The notes under the pieces are model-generated. The model did not search any database, was not told the origin of the DNA, and saw only the letters and a program-made list of their open reading frames with translations. From IMG/VR virus record IMGVR_UViG_3300045911_000603: DNA of 64,000 nt, one strand, 5' to 3'. This DNA comes from an uncultured virus (IMG/VR IMGVR_UViG_3300045911_000603) (Duplodnaviria; Heunggongvirae; Uroviricota; Caudoviricetes). The translations under genes were made by a program, and so were the position numbers. Every line of letters begins with the position of its first letter. Position 1 is the first letter of the stretch. This document shows positions 18,133 to 29,600 of this stretch, piece by piece.

Positions 18133-19485
18133 TCATCCGGGCAGTCGGTAGAGTTGCGATGTGGTGTATCTTGGATTGTTGAGGCTGTGGCCTCGCTGCA
18201 CATGATCGCTGACCCATTTGCCGTCCATATACACCTCGATATGTCCGGCTCCACCTGGATCTCGCGGTTGAAGAATTCTGGTGTCCCCATTGCGATACAC
18301 GCCGGTGTCCGGAACGGGAATCATGCCAAAGCGTTGCTGAAGCAGTGGACCCGCAGTCTTTGCCACCGGCCACCCCGCTCTGGCCATCGTGGGGCGTCCC
18401 AGGTAACTGAGCAGGACATTATTGGCCCCGCGCAGGCAACGACCCGTCGTAGATTGCCGAGAGTTGATATACCTCCAGGCAGCCTGGCTGTTGCCCCCGG
18501 GAGCCTCCACTCCCCGAAAGGAACCCGAAGGAGCGTCCCGCGATGGATCCATGAGGTTCATTTCGCGCAAAGAATCCCCGACCGGACGCTGCTGATTCTG
18601 CTGTAAAAACTCCTGCTGCCTTCGGGCAGCTTCCAAAAGGTTCTCCTTGTATTTGTCAAGTTGCAATTTGGCGTTTGCGCTGATCTGGGCTCGTGCCTGT
18701 GCGTCCTGCGCCGTGCGCCAGGCATCGCCATCCACTAATTGCTTGAGGTAGATTGCCAGAGCCTCGTCCCCCATTTGGGATGCCTGCAACTGCAATCCCG
18801 CGAGCTGGCCCATGAGCAGTTGGATCTCCGCGTCATCTTTGGCTTGGCCAAGGCGGGCAATGACCCGGTTGATTTCATCTACGAGCCGCTTCTTCTCTGG
18901 TTCCACGGCGTCCTCCCAAGTCTGAATTCCTTCGTAACTTTGCCGCAAGGCTCCGTGGCCGGAGAAGTTCGTGGTGGTGGCATACATGATAATTTGCTCC
19001 GGGTTGTTTAGGGAGCCAAGACGCCCCCATTGTCCCAAGCCCGCCATAGCAAGAACTCCCTGCACATCGCCAGATTGAGCCGATTTGAATATATTTTCGC
19101 CAAGTGTGTAGAGAGAATACCCCTGCTGGAAAACCGACATTCCATCACCCACCACTTTTTGCACGTTTTCTACCGTCTTGGCTAGGTCCGTAAAGCCCAA
19201 GGCTCCGATCAAAGCGGCGGGATCCCCTGCCACTCGGAGTATTTCTGTTCCCTTTTCGACCATTTCGTTGGCTTTTCTCAGTTGGGCGACCGCTTTATCT
19301 AACAAATCTCTTTGCCACTGCCGATCTACTTGCAACTCTTCCGCCATTCTGGCCCACTCTACAAGGTGCGCAGAGAGACTGGCCGCATCTATCACAGGAA
19401 TTCCTGTCGCCTCGGTTTTCTCCTGCGCGAAAAACAAAGCCGCTCCGATCAGAAGAACACAAATTATCCAGCTTTTGGTTCTCAT
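18133..19485 (-). CDS. TrbJ/VirB5-like protein fused to a C-terminal Tae3-like (NlpC/P60 superfamily) amidase domain
   Basis: Signal peptide plus TGIPVIDAA (VirB5/TrbJ N-terminal motif), helical body; C-terminal GRCLRG...AKTAGP...GD...GHIEVYMDGKWVSDHVQ. Confidence 0.7.
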   Translation of the reverse strand: MRTKSWIICVLLIGAALFFAQEKTEATGIPVIDAASLSAHLVEWARMAEELQVDRQWQRDLLDKAVAQLRKANEMVEKGTEILRVAGDPAALIGALGFTDLAKTVENVQKVVGDGMSVFQQGYSLYTLGENIFKSAQSGDVQGVLAMAGLGQWGRLGSLNNPEQIIMYATTTNFSGHGALRQSYEGIQTWEDAVEPEKKRLVDEINRVIARLGQAKDDAEIQLLMGQLAGLQLQASQMGDEALAIYLKQLVDGDAWRTAQDAQARAQISANAKLQLDKYKENLLEAARRQQEFLQQNQQRPVGDSLREMNLMDPSRDAPSGSFRGVEAPGGNSQAAWRYINSRQSTTGRCLRGANNVLLSYLGRPTMARAGWPVAKTAGPLLQQRFGMIPVPDTGVYRNGDTRILQPRDPGGAGHIEVYMDGKWVSDHVQRGHSLNNPRYTTSQLYRLPG

Positions 19486-19997
19486 GGGGTGGTTCCTTCC
19501 TTGGTTTCAGTTAAAGTTAACGTAGTGGGTGAAATTGTCGAGGTTCCTCCGGCCAGTTTCCACACCTCGGGAAAATCGGCCAAGGGCACACTGGTGTTGG
19601 CCCGGCGAAAGATCACCAATTCCCCCCGGTCGTTGATGGCGCTAGCCCGTTCGGATATGGTTACCCTGCCAACCCCATCGACAAAGATCATGCGTTTTTC
19701 GGCGGGCAAGCGGGCCAGGCGGATGATTTCAGCCGCAGCAGAGCGAGAACCCTTCACCTCGACGTTGTAGAAGAACATCCCTGCGGCGAAAATCCCCACC
19801 AACCAACTGCCGATGAGTGCCAGCATGCCAAACTGTTCAATGCGGGGACCAATCGACGGACGCAAGCGAGCTACAATAACCGCCAGCGATACCAAGGCAA
19901 GAAACAACCCGCCGCCGATGAGCAGGGCCAGGATACCCGGAATGAGGAAATTCGGATTGTAGAGGATTGAGGCGATTTGTTCTTGGGCTGTTTGCAT
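19482..19997 (-). CDS. Two-TM membrane protein in the tra operon
   Basis: Hydrophobic segments; stop overlaps the next start. Confidence 0.6.
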   Translation of the reverse strand: MQTAQEQIASILYNPNFLIPGILALLIGGGLFLALVSLAVIVARLRPSIGPRIEQFGMLALIGSWLVGIFAAGMFFYNVEVKGSRSAAAEIIRLARLPAEKRMIFVDGVGRVTISERASAINDRGELVIFRRANTSVPLADFPEVWKLAGGTSTISPTTLTLTETKEGTTP

Positions 19998-20011
19998 CGG
20001 TTTTTTTGATT

Positions 20012-22825
20012 TTACCCCGCTGCCGTGGATTCTTCCAGTTCCAATGATGCGCGATCTTCGGCTTCAATGCGACGGGCCTTTTCAACCAGATCGGCATCCA
20101 TGATGCGTGGACCATGCTCGGCGGCTTTGTCCACTTCGGCAAAGATTCCTTCGACCACATTGCCATACTCGGTCAGAGCCTTGGCGCGACGATCAAAGTG
20201 TTCTCCATCAGAGGCAGCCATGTAGAGCATTTCCGGAGATGGGCGCACGCGGAAGGTTCCACAGGAAACCCCGCCCTCCCCAATCGTCATGTAGGTAGCC
20301 GATGAATACTTGTCGCGCCCCATGTGTTCCGGCAGCGGATAGTTGAGGATTTCATGTTGGGCCAGATCCGGCAGACCACATTCCTGGGCCAGCGTTTGCA
20401 CGGTTGATTTGTTGTTCTGGCGCAGGAAGATGAACGTGGTCGAGTTGCCCTTGATAACCGGCCAGAGGTTGGTCTGCATGAGCTGTTCGAGTTGCTGTGT
20501 GATGGTGAGCACCCAGCAGCCAAACTTCCGCATTTGGGCATAGCTCTCGGCCACAATCTTGTCGCCGTTGGGCACGAGCAGAAAGCGGCTGACTTCCTCA
20601 TAGATGAGACGTTTGCGCTGGCCGCGTGGGCGCGAAACGATGGCTTGGCGCACAAAGTTGGAAATGAGGAAGCCAGCCACCTTGCGGAGTTCCTTCTCGC
20701 TCTCCCGGATTTGACCCAGTTCGAAATGATCCACCTTTTCGCCCAGGACAAAATTGGTTTGCCCGTCAAAGAGAACCCCATTGCTGCCACCGGCGCGGCA
20801 CCAGGCCGAAAGCATGGTGCTCAAATCGTGCATTTCGTCCTTCTTGTGGTGGGACATCACCCCGTAGCGGAGCATTTCCACCAATCCTGAGTGCGTGGGA
20901 AATTCGTTGGGCTTCCAGCGCACCGCAGAAAGATTGCGGATCGATATGGCGTGCTGCGGATCCTTGGCGTGGGTGACAATATCCTTCTCGGAGAAGGATT
21001 CGAGGAAGGAGCGATGGCGTTCAGGCTCCCGCATGGCCCAGGAAAGCATCTCCGAATATGCTTCCAGTTGCGTGCTCCCCGCTGGCATCTTCGTCTTGCG
21101 ATAAACAAAGATCGCATAGGCAAGGCGTTGGATTTCTTCCAATGCCTCCTCGTTGCGCTCTGCCCAGTCGGTGAAATGATCGGTATAGAGCTGGTTGATA
21201 TACTCCCCTATCGCACTCAAACGGTAGTTATTCTTGTCCTCATCCTGATTGGCTCCGATCATCGTCAGGCAGAGGGCCGATGCCGTGGCAATGTTGTGAT
21301 TGGCCAGTGGCATTTTCAGGCTGTCGAAGTAATTGAGGGTCAGATCCAGATCACTGTGCAGGATGATGGGAGAACCCCCGAGCGTCTTGGTGTATATCCC
21401 ATAGGAAAGCCCCTCCTCAATGATGGCCGTGTAGTCAAAGAATGGTTCCGTTTGGGAGAGCAGATCGGCAGCCAGCACACTCTTGCCCGCTCCGCGCATA
21501 CCAGCCATGAGGGCGTGCTGCGGGGTCTTGCCTGCGAAGGTTTTAATTCCGACCAATCCTCCGTTGCCTCCCTCATAGAGAGCTTCCCCTCGATCCAGGT
21601 CGCCAATGAAGGTGGACGATACGGGCAGTAAATCCGCCAGATAGTTGCTCTCGGCATAGAGATCCCATTGCCGGACCTTCCCGGCAAGGTATCCCGGCAA
21701 GGTTTCCTTGAACAAGTTTTTGCACTGTGCCGGGTGGTTGGCTTGGTGGTATTGCATCCCGGCCATGTTCTGCATGGCTGTCTTGATTGCGCTGGTCTTG
21801 ACAAACAGCCCGTCGAGCGTGGCATCCCATGCTCGAATCACCGTGAGCACGTTGAAGGGCAGGGTGAATCCCATCATCAATGCGTTGATTTTGGACTCCT
21901 TCTTGGCAATCGAGGTCAGCATGCTATACTTGCCGGTGTAGGAAACGTCCCCCCGCAAGCGATTGAGGTTGAGTTCCTCCTTCTCAATCTCGGTTTTGAC
22001 ATCCAAGGGGTAGATATTCTGCGTGATGGAAAAGTCCCTGCCCAGGCATTGCGTGAGAGCGCGGATCATGCCTGGATAGGTCTGCTGCGGCCAACGCCGC
22101 ACCACAAGCAGGGCATGATAATGCTCATCCATCTTGAAGCAGATCCCATCATCCCCTTGAAACATCACTCCATCAGAGTGCAAAGTTTGGGAAAGTGCCG
22201 AAATGTCGGGATCGTAGTTGATGAGACGGTTCTCCGGCAAAATGCCAGCCTTGGCCAGTGATGGGTTGAAAAAATCCAGATAATGCAGGTAATGGTCATG
22301 GTCATCCATTGGCCTGACCTTGCAATCCGGCATCACCATGGCCACCGTGGATATTTTATCGAGGAAGTTCTGATTTTCCTGCGCCAAAAACTTGTCGATT
22401 TCCGCTTCAACGCGAAAGGGACGCTTGGGGAGAGAGGAGCATTTGCGGGAAAAAAAGCAGACCAACCTTTCCCGGCGCAGTTCCTTGTTGGCCATCATGT
22501 GTCCGAAGCGCAAAAACCGTTCGGTGCGGGTGAACTTGCTCCATTGGTTGCGGGCAAAACGCTCGGTATTGCGTTGGTAGGTGGCCAGTTCCTCCTGGTA
22601 ATCGCTGTCGATGGTCCATTGAATCTGCAACGCCATATCCTGCCCAATCAACCCCAGCATGACTTTGAGGTTGTCCTGCAATTCCTCCAGGCGTTCGGTG
22701 GAGGCCATGGTCGAGTCGGGCACATCGAGGAAGAACCCTTTGGAGAGGACCGTTTCCCGCGAGAGAGACTCCCCCCAAAATAACATTCCTTCGACGAAAA
22801 AAGGATCTGGAAACTCGGCAATCAC
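20012..22825 (-). CDS. virB4: VirB4/TraC-like ATPase
   Basis: Walker A GMRGAGKS, Walker B LIYEEV, MRKFG...ITQ motif, 937 aa. Confidence 0.9.
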   Translation of the reverse strand: MIAEFPDPFFVEGMLFWGESLSRETVLSKGFFLDVPDSTMASTERLEELQDNLKVMLGLIGQDMALQIQWTIDSDYQEELATYQRNTERFARNQWSKFTRTERFLRFGHMMANKELRRERLVCFFSRKCSSLPKRPFRVEAEIDKFLAQENQNFLDKISTVAMVMPDCKVRPMDDHDHYLHYLDFFNPSLAKAGILPENRLINYDPDISALSQTLHSDGVMFQGDDGICFKMDEHYHALLVVRRWPQQTYPGMIRALTQCLGRDFSITQNIYPLDVKTEIEKEELNLNRLRGDVSYTGKYSMLTSIAKKESKINALMMGFTLPFNVLTVIRAWDATLDGLFVKTSAIKTAMQNMAGMQYHQANHPAQCKNLFKETLPGYLAGKVRQWDLYAESNYLADLLPVSSTFIGDLDRGEALYEGGNGGLVGIKTFAGKTPQHALMAGMRGAGKSVLAADLLSQTEPFFDYTAIIEEGLSYGIYTKTLGGSPIILHSDLDLTLNYFDSLKMPLANHNIATASALCLTMIGANQDEDKNNYRLSAIGEYINQLYTDHFTDWAERNEEALEEIQRLAYAIFVYRKTKMPAGSTQLEAYSEMLSWAMREPERHRSFLESFSEKDIVTHAKDPQHAISIRNLSAVRWKPNEFPTHSGLVEMLRYGVMSHHKKDEMHDLSTMLSAWCRAGGSNGVLFDGQTNFVLGEKVDHFELGQIRESEKELRKVAGFLISNFVRQAIVSRPRGQRKRLIYEEVSRFLLVPNGDKIVAESYAQMRKFGCWVLTITQQLEQLMQTNLWPVIKGNSTTFIFLRQNNKSTVQTLAQECGLPDLAQHEILNYPLPEHMGRDKYSSATYMTIGEGGVSCGTFRVRPSPEMLYMAASDGEHFDRRAKALTEYGNVVEGIFAEVDKAAEHGPRIMDADLVEKARRIEAEDRASLELEESTAAG

Positions 22826-23190
22826 GGAGTGGTTTCCTGATTCTTGCGAATTGCGGCTTTGGTCAAGACGACCGGATGAGGACGAGAGGGCTTATGATTG
22901 ACGTAGAAATCCCCCCCCAAAATCAGTCCATCCCAAAAGTCATGATGGAAGCGAGGCGGGCGGCGATTGAAAAAGATAATCACGTAAAGTGCGGTGAGCA
23001 CGGTCGGAGAAAATGCTATCCCGTAGCGAACCCCCACAGGCCAATCCGCGCCGGTGCCGGTCTGGAAGAAGAAGAAGAGAATCCCGACGCACACAAATAT
23101 GGATAGGAGGATCGGCGCAAAGAGGTTGCCCTCAAGTCCAAATCCCACCCCCTTGCTATCCGTGGCGGAGTTGGTTGGTGTCACTCGCAT
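22822..23190 (-). CDS. VirB3-like membrane protein
   Basis: Two TM segments; overlaps the virB4 start; canonical B2-B3-B4 order. Confidence 0.65.
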   Translation of the reverse strand: MRVTPTNSATDSKGVGFGLEGNLFAPILLSIFVCVGILFFFFQTGTGADWPVGVRYGIAFSPTVLTALYVIIFFNRRPPRFHHDFWDGLILGGDFYVNHKPSRPHPVVLTKAAIRKNQETTP

Positions 23191-23225
23191 GGGTAGCCAC
23201 AGAAACCGTTGGGTTCAATCCATGC

Positions 23226-23564
23226 TTACTGTCCCGGCGGCAGAGCCTTGATCGAATTTGGGTTAGGGGCGATACTCCCCCCTAAAATGTTGTTGAATAC
23301 CAAATACATGATCCAGGGGGCGAGCGCGATCCCCACGCCACCCACAATTTCCATCATGGAGTCCATGCCGCCGCCACCGCGCATACCGGCAAATCCGCCA
23401 ATGCACTTGATGATCCCCCACACGAACCCCACCACCATCAGAATATAGATGATGTAGGAGATGGCGTTGATGAAATTGCTCGCTGATCCTTGAGCCTGGG
23501 CCTGAGCTTGGGCCAAAAGGGGATAGAGTCTCGCTGCGATAAGGAAGTAGGATGGTATTTGCAT
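23226..23564 (-). CDS. VirB2/TrbC-like conjugative pilin
   Basis: Signal region plus two hydrophobic helices; first gene of the operon. Confidence 0.65.
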   Translation of the reverse strand: MQIPSYFLIAARLYPLLAQAQAQAQGSASNFINAISYIIYILMVVGFVWGIIKCIGGFAGMRGGGGMDSMMEIVGGVGIALAPWIMYLVFNNILGGSIAPNPNSIKALPPGQ

Positions 23565-23600
23565 AACGGTGATACGCCTGAACTAGACGAAATTACTTGT

Positions 23601-23615
23601 TTTGTAAAGTATTTT
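23601..23615 (-). promoter_or_regulatory. AAAAYRCTTTACAAA box / -35 of the virB2 operon promoter
   Basis: AAAATACTTTACAAA on -; TTTACA-N17-TAGTTT. Confidence 0.65.
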
Positions 23616-23620
23616 TTGAA

Positions 23621-26600
23621 TTAGTTTGCCACCCCCGCAATGCGGGGTGGTTCCTCCTCAATATCCGGTTCCGGAGCCTGTTGGAAATCGGTTTCCACAA
23701 TGTTGCTCGCGTCCTTGTTGGATGGGTTCTCTGCCATTTCCGCCTCCTCGCGCCGTTCCCTGGCGGATTTGCGCTTAAAGGGATTCACACGCATGTCGGT
23801 TTCGAGGGCATCAAGCTGTTCCTGCAACTCATTGACACGGGCTTCCAGCGATGCACTGGATGGGGCATTTTCCAATTGCTCCCTGGCCACCGCGAGATCC
23901 TTGATGGTTTGCTCCAGCTTGTTTTTGAGCTGTTCTGGCTCCCTGGCCACGGTCTCATAGCGCGACTGGATCATCTTGAGGATTCCGTTGGCCGTGCCAA
24001 AGGTGAACTCGTTGCCGAGTTTCTGGTCATCAGGACCAAGGCATTGGCCGACCAGAATGGCTTTGGTTCCATCCGCAATGCTTTTCTGCTCCCTGGTCAC
24101 GCGCACCTTCATACCCCCGACCTCCAGATAACCGAGCGGCTTCACCACGGCATCACTGGCCGTAAAGACAATGCGTTTCCACTGCTCAAAGCGTTCGTCG
24201 AGCACTCGAATAAGCTCATCCAGCGAGGCTTTGCCATCCGCTCCTGGCAACTCCTCAAACACGGTATTTTTCGTGGGACGACCTTTTTCGTCCAGTTCAG
24301 GGACACGGATGTTGGGGTTGTGGGGAAGCCGGTAGGAAAGCAACTGATTCTCGGGGCAGGAATGCGGAGGCGTAACCTGCTCCATGAGTTTGAGCGAATA
24401 CAACTCACGGGCGGGCAGAATTTCCTCTATTTCTTTCCGGTTTCTTTCCAAGAGCCGAATATTGCGCTCCAGATTGAGCCGTCGTCCCTGCACGACCTCC
24501 ATCTCCGTTTTCGCCTCCTTGATGGCCAGTTGGAGTTCGGCCCGGTGCAATACCCTCTTGTCGGAAATGAGGGCGGCTTTCATCTGATTGAGATCAATGC
24601 TTCCGGCATCCTCAAATTCGACTCCCACGCCCCTTCCCGCCATGGCCTGATTGACAAACGCTTCCTTGCGGGCAATGCGGTCAAAAATCCCCGGCATGCA
24701 GGTATCCTTCATGCCGTAGTAGATCACCTTGATTTTCTCGTTCTTGTTGCCCTGCCGGATGATGCGACCATTGCGCTGGGTCAGATCCGCTGGGGTCATG
24801 GACCGTGGAGGATCGGCATGATGGGCGCAAATGAGGTTCTCTTGGAAGTTACAACCAGTTCCGATCCGCGTCGTGCTGCCAATGACAACCACATCCGGTT
24901 CGGTATTGGCCCGGTCGAGCATGGCTAGTTTCTCATCCTTGCTCTTCGCCTCGCTTGGAATGATGATTTTATCCGGACTCCATCCCTGCGCAATCAGTTT
25001 GTCGCGGATGTCGTGGTAGAGGTTGAAATTGCCGCGAGTGGCTCTCAATTCCTCTACATCAATCTCCTCCTCGTTCTCCTCGTCCTCTTCGTCTTTCGCC
25101 TCATTTTTCTTGGCATTTTCCTCCGCGTCCTCCAATTCAATGGTCGCAGAGGTGATTCCTCCGGTGCGGATTTTCTCCAAAATGGAGGTATCCATTGTGC
25201 GGTATCGGTCCAAGAAAATTACCTGCGCCTTGCCGGGGTTCTCCTTCCCGACTTGGATGACGTTTCTCACCAACTGATTGACCAAGGAATCCGGGCTATC
25301 TTCGGCTTCTTCGTCAATGAGCCGGGGATCAATGGCTGCGGCCATGTTGACCTGCATCAACATGATGGGAATCCAGGAAAACTTCTTCTTCGCCTCCCCA
25401 GTCATACGCTCGAAATTTGCATAAATTTCCGAACAGCCATCCACCATGTCAGCCACGGTATCGGTCAACGGCACCACTCGCATTTCGGGCTTGCCTCCCT
25501 CCAACTCGGGGAGGACCAATCCAGCCTCAACCGGATCGTTGCGCACATCCATGCCTCCGCGAATCAGGCGAATGAACATTTCGCCATTGATGAACTTGCG
25601 CAGACGGTCCACCTCTTTCCATTTCCCGCTCGCCTCGTTGAGTTCGAGCTGCGTGCTTTTCTCGCAGAACATCCGCGCAAATCGGTCGAAGTGCGTCACT
25701 CCGTATTCCTCCAGGATTTTGGGGTAGAACATGCGGAGCATATTCCAGGCTTCCGCCATCGTGTTGGTCACAGGGGTGGCCGTGGCTCCAATCACCCCTT
25801 TGCCGTTCCGCTGGCTCTGAATCGAGCGAAACTTGATGAGCGCATTGACCGCTTTTTGCGAGTTGCTGGTGTCCAGCCCCTTGATGTTGCGCATGCTCGT
25901 CACAAAAGGCGAGCGTTTGTATCGGTGGGCTTCGTCCAGCAGGAGCAGATCCACGCCGAGGCTCTGAAAATCCATCGTGTTATCCTGATTGTCCCGGAGA
26001 GCCTTAATGAGATTGGAGATTTTGGCGGTCTCCTTCTCGATGGCTTTTTGCGTCTGGCGAACCATCCGGCGAATGGCTCCATCTCCCGATCTCTCGCCGC
26101 CCTCCAGATCCAGGGAGCGCAGGGTTGCCCGCAACTCATTGATATGTTGTTGCGCGTATTCAATCTGGCTTTGCGGCGAGTTGGGAATCCGGTCAAAATG
26201 GCTTTGGGGCATGAGAACAATGTCCCAATTCCCTGTGGCTACCCTGGAAAGGAATGCCGTCCGATTGCGCTCATTCATGCTATCCTCATTCGAGCAGAGA
26301 ATGTTTGCCTGCGGATAGAGTTCACGCACCGCGCGAACAAACTGCGCATAGTTCGAGTTGTCGCAGACGATCATGGGTTTTTTGGCCAATCCGGTTCGCT
26401 TGCTCTCAAAGGCCGAGATAATCAGCGTGGCCGTTTTGCCGTAGCCCACATCGTGCGCCACGATGCCTGCCTGCTCCTGCAAGAGCCGGGCCACCGCCGC
26501 TTTCTGGACAGGGCGCGGTTTGAAGTGACTGGAAAGCCCAGGAATGCGCAGGTAGTCGCCTTGATAATTCGGAATGACCGAATGGTTGATCCGGTCATTG

Positions 26601-29600
26601 AAGGCCTGCTCTACGGCATTGCGGGCCACTTCATCCTCCTTGATGAAATCCTCAAAGGCCTTGCGCACGGACTGCACCCGGTCATTGGCCAGATTGGATT
26701 CCTTTTCATTGCGGATGGTCTCCCCCTCAAATCCTTTGTCGAAAATTTGGATCTTCTCGTCGTTGAGAGCCGCCGTCACAATATCCAAAGCGGATTTGCG
26801 CGAGGTGGAAAACTCGGCAGCGGATTGCGTGGCATACGCATTCCCGCCCACGATCCAACGGTTGGCTCCATCCAAGTAAGCCGCAGAGGCGTTGGAAATC
26901 CCACATCGTTGCGAAAGGAACCGATCCACCGCTTCCACGGGCAACCACGATGCTCCAAGTTGGGCGCGAATGGCGGAAATTGTCACCATCTCGGGTTGCA
27001 CGGCTTCCAGTGCCTCGATATTCGGTTCGTAGATTTCCGCGTTAATTGCATTGGCCGACGCCGCTTTCTTGGCTGCTTGCAATTTGCTTCGGACATTGCC
27101 GGAGAGATACTTCTCCCGAACCTGATACAGCCCGCTCTCGGGGTCGAGAAACGCCCGCCCGCTGCGACTGATGAGGGTTTCGACCCCGGCCACATCCTCG
27201 GTGCCCATCAGTTGGGCCACCCGCGCCGGATCGACATAGCCCTTCTCGCTCAGAGAAAGGTAAATTGCATCCTCCACATTGTCTGCGGATTGCGCCGGGG
27301 AATAAGGAAACAAAGTGCGCTCCCGCAGAATTGCGGCCTTGGAATAGACGTTGATTTTCTTGCCATCGGAGGTGCGCTCCTCGCGCACGTTGGCCAAAGC
27401 AAGGACGGCTCCGTATTCAGGATCAAAGGACAGCAGACGGTCGTGGGCCGGATTTTCGCCAATATCGCCCCATTTGGCGACAAAACGATCATACTCCGCG
27501 TTCAGAGCAACGCGGCAACTCTCGCTTTCACTGTCCGAGGTAATCGGATTAAGATCAACAGCAATCTGCCGCTTGAGGGCATCCCGGAGAGCAGCAAAAT
27601 CCGCAGCCAGTTCATCCGCCCGCGCCATATCAAACCCCCGGGGCAGGGTGGCCATTGGTCCCCGCGAAGTAGTGAATGTGAATACTTCGCCTCGGACGAT
27701 TCTATACGCCTGCATCACATCCTCCTCCGTGACTCCCAGGTTGGCGGCAATTTGGCCAACTGGGAGACGAGAACGAACCTGCTTCTTGAGTTGCTTGACC
27801 TGCTCGGGCGAGAGGATGGGCTGCTCTTTTACCTTGGTGCGCAGAATTGCCTCAACTTCCCTCTTCCACGGAGGAGGTATCAGTTTGCGGTCCGGTCCCA
27901 CAGAGAGCAGTTGTAATCCTTGCTCGGTTTCCGCGAGGATAAAGTTTTCCTCCTTGGCATCCAGTCCCGCATAGATTTCCTCCGTCTGCGCTGCTTCTTC
28001 TTCGAGCGCAGCTGGTTTAGCGGCCATGCTGGAGTTTGGCACATTGGCCGGAAGTCGTCCGATGGCTTCCCGAAGGGCAGTCAGCAAGTCCTCCCCCTCC
28101 CTTGGCTCCACCGTGTATTGCCCGCGTTCGCTTCGGCCATACATTCGGCCCGCCAGAGAGTGATGCCCCAGGACCATTTCGGGATGCCGTTGGAAATACT
28201 CGTTGACGGACACCACTTTGATGGGATCGCCCGTAAGCCGATTGAAATAACGAGACTCATCCAGGTCCACCGGAAGGTTGTCACGGAAGCTCTCATGGGG
28301 GACGGATTGCAGGTCCGGTTTGCGGAGAACCAGAATGTCCGTCACGACCTCCGTGTTGGCATTGTCGGCAAATGCGGAGTTAGGCAGGCGAATCGCCCCC
28401 AAGAGTTGCGCGTTTTCAGACAGGATGCGGCGTTGGGAGGGATTGTTCTCCATCGTGGATGCCGAAGTGATGACGATCTGAATCCCACCAGGTTTCAGGC
28501 GTTTTTGGCCCTCATTGATGAAAAAGTTGTGCAGGTTTAGGGGTTCTCCGTCCTGCCCTGGAGGTGGGGTGTCGGAGAAGGGCACATTGGTAATCACCAA
28601 GTCCTGCGACCCCAGGCGAATCTGCTTGGCGTCTTGGAATGCCGAGTGAATCACCTTGGCTTCCGGGTAAAGGAGTTTGGCAATGCGGGCGGAAACCTGA
28701 TCCAACTCCACGCCAGTCACAAGACTGCGTTCCAGGAGATGGGCGGGGGCTGCTCCCACAATGTCGCCAATGCCCATCGCAGGCTCCAAGATCGCGCCTC
28801 CCTGAAAGCCGATCCGCTCGGCAATCTCCCACAATGCGTGACACACTTCGGGGGAGGTATAATGCGCATTGAGGGTGGATGCCGCCGCCGCGTTCCACTC
28901 CTCCTCTGTCAGAACTTCCTTGAGCGCATCGTAGTGCCTGCCATACTCCTTTTCCCATGATTGGTAGGCGGGAAAAGAACTGGCGTAGGACAAATTGCGG
29001 AAAGCCCCCATTTGCTCATTGAACACTTCCTTGTAGGCTCCCCATCCGGTGTAGGCAGCCAGAACTTGTTTTTCCTCGGGAGAGGGAAGTCGCCCCATGG
29101 CCTCCAATTCCTTGGAGAGCCGAATGGCGCGAAGATTGGCTTCGATGCGCGTTACCTTGCCCCTGGGTTTGATTTCCTGCCCAAGCTCGTAGGAATAGTT
29201 GCGCTGCTCAGCGGAAAGATTAGCTCGTTCCGCTTCGCGCCAAGAGGTAAGAAAGGACTCCAGGTTGGTGTAACTTTCCCAATTCTCGGCGGCCCAGGAA
29301 CTCAACCGGGCATGCGCCTCCTCCAATTCCTCGACTTGGGTGGCGACCGTAAAACGGGAGAGCATGGCATTGGAGAGACGGGCAATGCGGGCCAGGATTT
29401 CTTCGCGGCGACCAGTTTTGGCTTCCTCTGTCTCCGGTTCGGGCGGGGCGGGATCGCCTTGATAATAAACCTCCTCGGATTGCGCCGCTTCTGCTTCCTG
29501 CTGTGCCTCTGCGGGAGTGGTTGCGGCGGCGGCCGTTCCCTCGGACACCACCACATAGCCACTACCATCCTCGGATACCGTGGCCCTTACCACCTCGGGA

